Assembly (NCBI RefSeq): GCF_009914755.1
Contig: NC_060943.1
Origin: the human T2T-CHM13v2.0 reference genome, Homo sapiens
DNA: 64,000 nt
Reading direction: 5' to 3' (one strand)
This document shows, piece by piece, positions 53,501-64,000 of the stretch. The first letter of the stretch is position 1, and each line of letters opens with the position of its first letter. The notes beneath the pieces are model-generated. The model saw only the letters and a list, made by a program, of their open reading frames with translations, had not been told where the DNA came from and searched no databases. Made by a program: the position numbers and the translations under genes.

Positions 53501-56500
53501 ATTCTGCCAGAAAGAAGAATTCTCAGTAACTTCCTTGTGTTGTGTGTATTCAACTCACAGAGTTGAACGATCCTTTACACAGAGCAGACTTGAAACACTC
53601 TTTTTGTGGAATTTGCAAGTGGAGATTTCAGCCGCTTTGAGGTCAATGGTAGAATAGGAAATATCTTCCTATAGAAACTAGACAGAATGATTCTCAGAAA
53701 CTCCTTTGTGATGTGTGCGTTCAACTCACAGAGTTTAACCATTCTTTTCATAGAGCAGTTAGGAAACACTCTGTTTGTAAAGTCTGCAAGTGGATATTCA
53801 GACATCCTTGAGGCTTTCGTTGGAAACGGGATTTCTTCATATTCTGCTAGAAAGAAGAATTCTCAGTAACTTCCTTGTGTTGTGTGTATTCAACTCACAG
53901 AGTTGAACGATCCTTTACACAGAGCAGACTTGAAACACTCTTTTTGTGGAATTTGCAAGTGGAGATTTCAGCCGCTTTGAGGTCAATGGTAGAATAGGAA
54001 ATATCTTCCTATAGAAACTAGACAGAATGATTCTCAGAAACTCCTTTGTGATGTGTGCGTTCAACTCACAGAGTTTAACCTTTCTTTTCATAGAGCAGTT
54101 GGGAAACACTCTGTTTGTAAAGTCTGCAAGTGGATATTCAGACATCCTTGAGGCTTTCGTTGGAAACGGGATTTCTTCATATTCTGCTAGAAAGAAGAAT
54201 TCTCAGTAACTTCCTTGTGTTGTGTGTATTCAACTCACAGAGTTGAACGATCCTTTACACAGAGCAGACTTGAAACACTCTTTTTGTGGAATTTGCAAGT
54301 GGAGATTTCAGCCGCTTTGAGGTCAATGGTAGAATAGGATATATCTTCCTATAGAAACTAGACAGAATGATTCTCAGAAACTCCTTTGTGATGTGTGCGT
54401 TCAACTCACACAGTTTAACCTTTCTTTTCATAGAGCAGTTAGGAAACACTCTGTTTGTAAAGTCTGCAAGTGGATATTCAGACCTCCTTGAGGCCTTCGT
54501 TGGAAACGGGATTTCTTCATATTATGCTAGACAGAAGAATTCTCAGTAACTTCCTTGTGTTGTGTGTATTCAACTCACAGAGTTGAACGATCCTTTACAC
54601 AGAGCAGACTTGAAACACTCCTTTTGTGGAATTTGCAAGTGGAGATTTCAGCCGCTTTGAGGTCAATGGTAGAATAGGAAATATCTTCCTATAGAAAGTA
54701 GACAGAATGATTCTCAGAAACTCCTTTGTGATGTGTGCGTTCAACTCACAGAGTTTAACCTTTCTTTTCATAGAGCAGTTAGGAAACACTCTGTTTGTAA
54801 AGTCTGCAAGTGGATATTCAGACCTCCTTGAGGCCTTCGTTGGAAACGGGATTTCTTCATATTATGCTAGACAGAAGAATTCTCAGTAACTTCCTTGTGT
54901 TGTGTGTATTCAACTCACAGAGTTGAACGATCCTTTACACAGAGCAGACTTGAAACACTCTTTTTGTGGAATTTGCAAGTGGAGATTTCAGCCGCTTTGA
55001 GTTCAATGGTAGAATAGGAAATATCTTCCTATAGAAACTAGACAGAGTGATTCTCAGAAACTCCTTTGTGATGTGTGCGTTCACCTCACAGAGTTCAACC
55101 TTTCTTTTCATAGAGCAGTTGGGAAACACTCTGTTTGTAAAGTCTGCAAGTGGATATTCAGACTTCTTTGAGGCCTTCGTTGGAAGCGGGATTTCTTCAT
55201 ATTCTGCTAGACAGAAGAATTCTCAGTAACTGCCTTGTGTTGTGTTTATTCAACTCACAGAGTTGAACGATCCTTTACACAGAGCAGACTTGAAACACTC
55301 TTTTTGTGGAATTTGCAAGTGGAGATTTCAGCCGCTTTGAGGTCAATGGTAGAATAGGAAATATCTTCCTATAGAAACTAGACAGAATGATTCTCAGAAA
55401 CTCCTTTGTGATGTGTGCGTTCAACTCACAGAGTTTAACCATTCTTTTCATAGAGCAGTTAGGAAACACTCTGTTTGTAAAGTCTGCAAGTGGATATTCA
55501 GACCTCCTTGAGGCCTTCGTTGGAAACGGGATTTCTTCATATTATGCTAGACAGAAGAATTCTCAGTAACTTCCTTGTGTTGTGTGTATTCAACTCACAG
55601 AGTTGAACGATCCTTTACACAGAGCAGACTTGAAACACTCCTTTTGTGGAATTTGCAAGTGGAGATTTCAGCCGCTTTGAGGTCAATGGTAGAATAGGAA
55701 ATATCTTCCTATAGAAAGTAGACAGAATGATTCTCAGAAACTCCTTTGTGATGTGTGCGTTCAACTCACAGAGTTTAACCTTTCTTTTCATAGAGCAGTT
55801 AGGAAACACTCTGTTTGTAAAGTCTGCAAGTGGATATTCAGACCTCCTTGAGGCCTTCGTTGGAAACGGGATTTCTTCATATTATGCTAGACAGAAGAAT
55901 TCTCAGTAACTTCCTTGTGTTGTGTGTATTCAACTCACAGAGTTGAACGATCCTTTACACAGAGCAGACTTGAAACACTCTTTTTGTGGAATTTGCAAGT
56001 GGAGATTTCAGCCGCTTTGAGTTCAATGGTAGAATAGGAAATATCTTCCTATAGAAACTAGACAGAATGATTCTCAGAAACTCCTTTGTGATGTGTGCGT
56101 TCACCTCACAGAGTTCAACCTTTCTTTTCATAGAGCAGTTGGGAAACACTCTGTTTGTAAAGTCTGCAAGTGGATATTCAGACTTCTTTGAGGCCTTCGT
56201 TGGAAGCGGGATTTCTTCATATTCTGCTAGACAGAAGAATTCTCAGTAACTGCCTTGTGTTGTGTGTATTCAACTCACAGAGTTGAACGATCCTTTACAC
56301 AGAGCAGACTTGAAACACTCTTTTTGTGGAATTTGCAAGTGGAGATTTCAGCCGCTTTGAGGTCAATGGTAGAATAGGAAATATCTTCCTATAGAAACTA
56401 GACAGAATGATTCTCAGAAACTCCTTTGTGATGTGTGCGTTCAACTCACAGAGTTCAACCTTTCTTTTCATAGAGCAGTTGGGAAACACTCTGTTTGTAA

Positions 56501-59500
56501 AGTCTGCAAGTGGATATTCAGACTTCTTTGAGGCCTTCGTTGGAAGCGGGATTTCTTCATATTCTGCTAGACAGAAGAATTCTCAGTAACTGCCTTGTGT
56601 TGTGTTTATTCAACTCACAGAGTTGAACGATCCTTTACACAGAGCAGACTTGAAACACTCTTTTTGTGGAATTTGCAAGTGGAGATTTCAGCCGCTTTGA
56701 GGTCAATGGTAGAATAGGAAATATCTTCCTATAGAAACTAGACAGAATGATTCTCAGAAACTCCTTTGTGATGTGTGCGTTCAACTCACAGAGTTTAACC
56801 TTTCTTTTCATAGAGCAGTTAGGAAACACTCTGTTTGTAAAGTCTGCAAGTGGATATTCAGACATCCTTGAGGCTTTCGTTGGAAACGGGATTTCTTCAT
56901 ATTCTGCTAGAAAGAAGAATTCCCAGTAACTTCCTTGTGTTGTGTGTATTCAACTCACAGAGTTGAACGATCCTTTACACAGAGCAGACTTGAAACACTC
57001 TTTTTGTGGAATTTGCAAGTGGAGATTTCAGCCGCTTTGAGGTCAATGGTAGAATAGGAAATATCTTCCTATAGAAACTAGACAGAATGATTCTCAGAAA
57101 CTCCTTTGTGATGTGTGCGTTCAACTCACACAGTTTAACCTTTCTTTTCATAGAGCAGTTAGGAAACACTCTGTTTGTAAAGTCTGCAAGTGGATATTCA
57201 GACCTCCTTGAGGCCTTCGTTGGAAACGGGATTTCTTCATATTATGCTAGACAGAAGAATTCTCAGGAACTTCCTTGTGTTGTGTGTATTCAACTCACAG
57301 AGTTGAACGATCCTTTACACAGAGCAGACTTGAAACACTCTTTTTGTGGAATTTGCAAGTGGAGATTTCAGCCGCTTTGAGTTCAATGGTAGAATAGGAA
57401 ATATCTTCCTATAGAAAGTACACAGAATGATTCTCAGAAACTCCTTTGTGATGTGTGCGTTCAACTCACAGAGTTCAACCTTTCTTTTCATAGAGCAGTT
57501 GGGAAACACTCTGTTTGTAAAGTCTGCAAGTGGATATTCAGACTTCTTTGAGGCCTTCGTTGGAAGCGGGATTTCTTCATATTCTGCTAGACAGAAGAAT
57601 TCTCAGTAACTTCCTTGTGTTGTGTGTATTCAACTCACAGAGTTGAACGATCCTTTACACAGAGCAGACTTGAAACACTCTTTTTGTGGAATTTGCAAGT
57701 GGAGATTTCAGCCGCTTTGAGGTCAATGGTAGAATAGGAAATATCTTCCTATAGAAACTAGACAGAATGATTCTCAGAAACTCCTTTGTGATGTGTGCGT
57801 TCAACTCACAGAGTTCAACCTTTCTTTTCATAGAGCAGTTGGGAAACACTCTGTTTGTAAAGTCTGCAAGTGGATATTCAGACTTCTTTGAGGCCTTCGT
57901 TGGAAGCGGGATTTCTTCATGTTCTGCTAGACAGAAGAATTCTCAGAAACTTCCTTGTGTTGTGTGTTTTCAACTCACAGAGTTGAACGATCCTTTACAC
58001 AGAGCAGACTTGAAACACTCCTTTTGTGGAATTTGCAAGTGGAGATTTCAGCCGCTTTGAGGTCAATGGTAGAATAGGAAATATCTTCCTATAGAAAGTA
58101 GACAGAATGATTCTCAGAAACTCCTTTGTGATGTGTGCGTTCAACTCACAGAGTTTAACCTTTCTTTTCATAGAGCAGTTAGGAAACACTCTGTTTGTAA
58201 AGTCTGCAAGTGGATATTCAGACCTCCTTGAGGCCTTCTTTGGAAACAGGATTTCTTCATATTCTGCTAGAAAGAAGAATTCTCAGTAACTTCCTTGTGT
58301 TGTGTGTATTCAACTCACAGAGTTGAACGATCCTTTACACAGAGCAGACTTGAAACACTCTTTTTGTGGAATTTGCAAGTGGAGATTTCAGCCGCTTTGA
58401 GTTCAATGGTAGAATAGGAAATATCTTCCTATAGAAACTAGACAGAATGATTCTCATAACTCCTTTGTGATGTGTGCGTTCAACTCACAGAGTTCAACCT
58501 TTCTTTTCATAGAGCAGTTGGGAAACACTCTGTTTGTAAAGTCTGCAAGTGGATATTCAGACATCCTTGAGGCCTTCGTTGGAAGCGGGATTTCTTCATA
58601 TTCTGCTAGACAGAAGAATTCTCAGTAACTGCCTTGTGTTGTGTGTATTCAACTCACAGAGTTGAACGATCCTTTACACAGAGCAGACTTGAAACACTCT
58701 TTTTGTGGAATTTGCAAGTGGAGATTTCAGCCGCTTTGAGGTCAATGGTAGAATAGGAAATATCTTCCTATAGAAACTAGACAGAATGATTCTCAGAAAC
58801 TCCTTTGTGATGTGTGCGTTCAACTCACACAGTTTAACCTTTCTTTTCATAGAGCAGTTAGGAAACACTCTGTTTGTAAAGTCTGCAAGTGGATATTCAG
58901 ACCTCCTTGAGGCCTTCGTTGGAAACGGGATTTCTTCATATTATGCTAGACAGAAGAATTCTCAGTAACTTCCTTGTGTTGTGTGTATTCAACTCACAGA
59001 GTTGAACGATCCTTTACACAGAGCAGACTTGAAACACTCTTTTTGTGGAATTTGCAAGTGGAGATTTCAGCCGCTTTGAGGTCAATGGTAGAATAGGAAA
59101 TATCTTCCTATAGAAACTAGACAGAATGATTCTCAGAAACTCCTTTGTGATGTGTGCGTTCAACTCACAGAGTTCAACCTTTCTTTTCATAGAGCAGTTG
59201 GGAAACACTCTGTTTGTAAAGTCTGCAAGTGGATATTCAGACCTCCTTGAGGCCTTCGTTGGAAACGGGATTTCTTCATATTATGCTAGACAGAAGAATT
59301 CTCAGTAACTTCCTTGTGTTGTGTGTATTCAACTCACAGAGTTGAACGATCCTTTACACAGAGCAGACTTGAAACACTCTTTTTGTGGAATTTGCAAGTG
59401 GAGATTTCAGCCGCTTTGAGGTCAATGGTAGAATAGGAAATATCTTCCTATAGAAACTAGACAGAATGATTCTCAGAAACTCCTTTGTGATGTGTGCGTT

Positions 59501-60825
59501 CAACTCACAGAGTTTACCCTTTCTTTTCATAGAGCAGTTGGGAAACACTCTGTTTGTAAAGTCTGCAAGTGGATATTCAGACTTCTTTGAGGCTTTCGTT
59601 GGAAGCGGGATTTCTTCATATTCTGCCAGAAAGAAGAATTCTCAGTAACTTCCTTGTGTTGTGTGTATTCAACTCACAGAGTTGAACGATCCTTTACACA
59701 GAGCAGACTTGAAACACTCTTTTTGTGGAATTTGCAAGTGGAGATTTCAGCCGCTTTGAGGTCAATGGTAGAATAGGAAATATCTTCCTATAGAAACTAG
59801 ACAGAATGATTCTCAGAAACTCCTTTGTGATGTGTGCGTTCAACTCACAGAGTTTAACCTTTCTTTTCATAGAGCAGTTAGGAAACACTCTGTTTGTAAA
59901 GTCTGCAAGTGGATATTCAGACCTCCTTGAGGCCTTCGTTGGAAACGGGATTTCTTCATATTATGCTAGACAGAAGAATTCTCAGTAACTTCCTTGTGTT
60001 GTGTGTATTCAACTCACAGAGTTGAACGATCCTTTACACAGAGCAGACTTGAAACACTCTTTTTGTGGAATTTGCAAGTGGAGATTTCAGCCGCTTTGAG
60101 GTCAATGGTAGAATAGGAAATATCTTCCTATAGAAACTAGACAGAATGATTCTCAGAAACTCCTTTGTGATGTGTGCGTTCAACTCACAGAGTTCAACCT
60201 TTCTTTTCATAGAGCAGTTGGGAAACACTCTGTTTGTAAAGTCTGCAAGTGGATATTCAGACTTCTTTGAGGCCTTCGTTGGAAGCGGGATTTCTTCATA
60301 TTCTGCTAGACAGAAGAATTCTCAGTAACTGCCTTGTGTTGTGTGTATTCAACTCACAGAGTTGAACGATCCTTTACACAGAGCAGACTTGAAACACTCT
60401 TTTTGTGGAATTTGCAAGTGGAGATTTCAGCCGCTTTGAGGTCAATGGTAGAATAGGAAATTTCTTCCTATAGAAACTAGACAGAATGATTCTCAGAAAC
60501 TCCTTTGTGATGTGTGCGTTCAACTCACAGAGTTTACCCTTTCTTTTCATAGAGCAGTTAGGAAACACTCTGTTTGTAAAGTCTGCAAGTGGATATTCAG
60601 ACATCCTTGAGGCTTTCGTTGGAAACGGGATTTCTTCATATTCTGCCAGAAAGAAGAATTCTCAGTAACTTCCTTGTGTTGTGTGTATTCAACTCACAGA
60701 GTTGAACGATCCTTTACACAGAGCAGACTTGAAACACTCTTTTTGTGGAATTTGCAAGTGGAGATTTCAGCCGCTTTGAGGTCAATGGTAGAATAGGAAA
60801 TATCTTCCTATAGAAACTAGACAGA
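44509..60825. repeat. Duplicated block with 11218-bp offset (about 44509-49600 vs 55727-60825)
   Basis: Same order of about 15 dimer types, including the doubly broken box (47017/58235), the 339-bp dimer (47229/58447) and hybrid dimers 47908/59126 and 48248/59466. Confidence 0.85.
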
Positions 60826-63800
60826 ATGATTCTCAGAAACTCCTTTGTGATGTGTGCGTTCAACTCACAGAGTTTAACCTTTCTTTTCATAGAGCAGTTA
60901 GGAAACACTCTGTTTGTAAAGTCTGCAAGTGGATATTCAGACATCCTTGAGGCTTTCGTTGGAAACGGGATTTCTTCATATTCTGCTAGAAAGAAGAATT
61001 CTCAGTAACTTCCTTGTGTTGTGTGTATTCAACTCACAGAGTTGAACGATCCTTTACACAGAGCAGACTTGAAACACTCTTTTTGTGGAATTTGCAAGTG
61101 GAGATTTCAGCCGCTTTGAGGTCAATGGTAGAATAGGAAATATCTTCCTATAGAAACTAGACAGAATGATTCTCAGAAACTCCTTTGTGATGTGTGCGTT
61201 CAACTCACAGAGTTTAACCTTTCTTTTCATAGAGCAGTTGGGAAACACTCTGTTTGTAAAGTCTGCAAGTGGATATTCAGACATCCTTGAGGCTTTCGTT
61301 GGAAACGGGATTTCTTCATATTCTGCTAGAAAGAAGAATTCTCAGTAACTTCCTTGTGTTGTGTGTATTCAACTCACAGAGTTGAACGATCCTTTACACA
61401 GAGCAGACTTGAAACACTCTTTTTGTGGAATTTGCAAGTGGAGATTTCAGCCGCTTTGAGGTCAATGGTAGAATAGGAAATATCTTCCTATAGAAACTAG
61501 ACAGAATGATTCTCAGAAACTCCTTTGTGATGTGTGCGTTCAACTCACACAGTTTAACCTTTCTTTTCATAGAGCAGTTAGGAAACACTCTGTTTGTAAA
61601 GTCTGCAAGTGGATATTCAGACCTCCTTGAGGCCTTCGTTGGAAACGGGATTTCTTCATATTATGCTAGACAGAAGAATTCTCAGTAACTTCCTTGTGTT
61701 GTGTGTATTCAACTCACAGAGTTGAACGATCCTTTACACAGAGCAGACTTGAAACACTCCTTTTGTGGAATTTGCAAGTGGAGATTTCAGCCGCTTTGAG
61801 GTCAATGGTAGAATAGGAAATATCTTCCTATAGAAAGTAGACAGAATGATTCTCAGAAACTCCTTTGTGATGTGTGCGTTCAACTCACAGAGTTTAACCT
61901 TTCTTTTCATAGAGCAGTTAGGAAACACTCTGTTTGTAAAGTCTGCAAGTGGATATTCAGACCTCCTTGAGGCCTTCGTTGGAAACGGGATTTCTTCATA
62001 TTATGCTAGACAGAAGAATTCTCAGTAACTTCCTTGTGTTGTGTGTATTCAACTCACAGAGTTGAACGATCCTTTACACAGAGCAGACTTGAAACACTCT
62101 TTTTGTGGAATTTGCAAGTGGAGATTTCAGCCGCTTTGAGTTCAATGGTAGAATAGGAAATATCTTCCTATAGAAACTAGACAGAATGATTCTCATAACT
62201 CCTTTGTGATGTGTGCGTTCAACTCACAGAGTTCAACCTTTCTTTTCATAGAGCAGTTGGGAAACACTCTGTTTGTAAAGTCTGCAAGTGGATATTCAGA
62301 CTTCTTTGAGGCCTTCGTTGGAAGCGGGATTTCTTCATATTCTGCTAGACAGAAGAATTCTCAGTAACTGCCTTGTGTTGTGTGTATTCAACTCACAGAG
62401 TTGAACGATCCTTTACACAGAGCAGACTTGAAACACTCTTTTTGTGGAATTTGCAAGTGGAGATTTCAGCCGCTTTGAGGTCAATGGTAGAATAGGAAAT
62501 ATCTTCCTATAGAAACTAGACAGAATGATTCTCAGAAACTCCTTTGTGATGTGTGCGTTCAACTCACAGAGTTTAACCTTTCTTTTCATAGAGCAGTTAG
62601 GAAACACTCTGTTTGTAAAGTCTGCAAGTGGATATTCAGACCTCCTTGAGGCCTTCGTTGGAAACGGGATTTCTTCATATTATGCTAGACAGAAGAATTC
62701 TCAGTAACTTCCTTGTGTTGTGTGTATTCAACTCACAGAGTTGAACGATCCTTTACACAGAGCAGACTTGAAACACTCTTTTTGTGGAATTTGCAAGTGG
62801 AGATTTCAGCCGCTTTGAGGTCAATGGTAGAATAGGAAATATCTTCCTATAGAAACTAGACAGAATGATTCTCAGAAACTCCTTTGTGATGTGTGCGTTC
62901 AACTCACAGAGTTCAACCTTTCTTTTCATAGAGCAGTTGGGAAACACTCTGTTTGTAAAGTCTGCAAGTGGATATTCAGACTTCTTTGAGGCCTTCGTTG
63001 GAAGCGGGATTTCTTCATATTCTGCTAGACAGAAGAATTTTCAGTAACTGCCTTGTGTTGTGTGTATTCAACTCACAGAGTTGAACGATCCTTTACACAG
63101 AGCAGACTTGAAACACTCTTTTTGTGGAATTTGCAAGTGGAGATTTCAGCCGCTTTGAGGTCAATGGTAGAATAGGAAATATCTTCCTATAGAAACTAGA
63201 CAGAATGATTCTCAGAAACTCCTTTGTGATGTGTGCGTTCAACTCACAGAGTTTACCCTTTCTTTTCATAGAGCAGTTAGGAAACACTCTGTTTGTAAAG
63301 TCTGCAAGTGGATATTCAGACATCCTTGAGGCTTTCGTTGGAAACGGGATTTCTTCATATTCTGCCAGAAAGAAGAATTCTCAGTAACTTCCTTGTGTTG
63401 TGTGTATTCAACTCACAGAGTTGAACGATCCTTTACACAGAGCAGACTTGAAACACTCTTTTTGTGGAATTTGCAAGTGGAGATTTCAGCCGCTTTGAGG
63501 TCAATGGTAGAATAGGAAATATCTTCCTATAGAAACTAGACAGAATGATTCTCAGAAACTCCTTTGTGATGTGTGCGTTTAACTCACAGAGTTTAACCTT
63601 TCTTTTCATAGAGCAGTTAGGAAACACTCTGTTTGTAAAGTCTGGAAGTGGATATTCAGACCTCCTTGAGGCCTTCGTTGGAAACGGGATTTCTTCATAT
63701 TATGCTAGACAGAAGAATTCTCAGTAACTTCCTTGTGTTGTGTGTATTCAACTCACAGAGTTGAACGATCCTTTACACAGAGCAGACTTGAAACACTCTT

Positions 63801-64000
63801 TTTGTGGAATTTGCAAGTGGAGATTTCAGCCGCTTTGAGGTCAATGGTAGAATAGGAAATATCTTCCTATAGAAACTAGACAGAATGATTCTCAGAAACT
63901 CCTTTGTGATGTGTGCGTTCAACTCACAGAGTTCAACCTTTCTTTTCATAGAGCAGTTTGGAAACACTCTGTTTGTAAAGTCTGCAAGTGGATATTCAGA

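Larger units (their letters stand above)
1..64000. repeat. Centromeric alpha-satellite array, homogeneous 340-bp dimeric higher-order repeat (about 188 copies, head-to-tail, runs off both window ends)
   Basis: Seen: 340-bp periodicity throughout (AATGATTCTCAG at 316, 656, 996 and so on; 63545-317 = 186x340-12, i.e. twelve 339-bp units). Hallmark alphoid motifs include ATTCTCAGAAACT, TTCAACTCACAGAGTT, CATAGAGCAG, GAAACACTCT and TGCAAGTGGATATT. Confidence 0.99.
1..64000. repeat. Family assignment: suprachromosomal family 1 (J1/J2) dimer, D1Z7/D5Z2/D19Z3 (S1C1/5/19H1L)-type active array
   Basis: Established knowledge plus recognition: 340-bp EcoRI dimer with a CENP-B box in every second monomer, and motifs GAACGATCCTTTACACAGAGCAGACTTG and TTTCAGCCGCTTTGAGGTCAATGGTAGAATAGG typical of the chr1/5/19 array. 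The chromosome cannot be resolved without alignment. Confidence 0.85.

Noticed and set aside
205-63967. Hundreds of 60-97 aa ORFs on both strands (MILRNSFVMC..., MFPNCSMKRK..., MSEYPLADF...)
   Set aside because: They recur once per 340-bp unit, overlap antisense to each other, resemble no protein family I recognise, and are freely broken by frameshifts and stops. They are chance frames of satellite DNA, used here only as variant markers.
1-64000. CRISPR-like array or diversity-generating cassette system
   Set aside because: There are no unique spacers, no cas, recombinase or reverse transcriptase genes, and the units are contiguous near-identical satellite monomers.
1-64000. Embedded transposon (L1/Alu), inversion, or non-satellite island
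   Set aside because: The 340/339-bp phase is fully accounted for from 317 to 63545, leaving no room for an insertion, and orientation never changes.
1-64000. A single fixed longer HOR period (e.g. 6-mer, 12-mer or 14-mer) across the window
   Set aside because: Longer periods hold only locally for 2-3 copies, and marker spacings are irregular (4 to 25 dimers). The only global period is the dimer.
1-64000. Assigning the window to chromosome 1, 5 or 19, or to the CENP-A/kinetochore domain
   Set aside because: The array family is shared among these chromosomes and kinetochore position is epigenetic. Alignment to T2T assemblies and methylation or CENP-A data would be needed.

Overview
The whole 64 kb window is one uninterrupted, single-orientation array of primate (human-type) centromeric alpha-satellite DNA. 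It is built from a 340-bp dimer: a 171-bp A-type monomer plus a 169-bp B-type monomer carrying a CENP-B box, repeated about 188 times. The sequence matches the suprachromosomal family 1 (J1/J2) EcoRI dimer typical of the active array shared by chromosomes 1, 5 and 19 (D1Z7/D5Z2/D19Z3, S1C1/5/19H1L). That assignment is from recognition, and I cannot tell which chromosome. I see no genes, RNA genes, transposon insertions, inversions or CRISPR arrays; all listed ORFs are artefacts of the repeat. I found no new protein-coding system. The informative signal is the order of dimer sequence variants, which records nested duplications with periods of 1.36, 2.38, 6.1, 11-12.6, 23.5 and 33.7 kb. It also shows hybrid dimers at deletion junctions, twelve copies of one 339-bp deletion dimer, and 17 of 188 CENP-B boxes broken at a CpG. 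Variant calls were read by eye with the ORF track as a guide and need confirming by alignment. Dimers are named by the coordinate of the ATG in AATGATTCTCAG.
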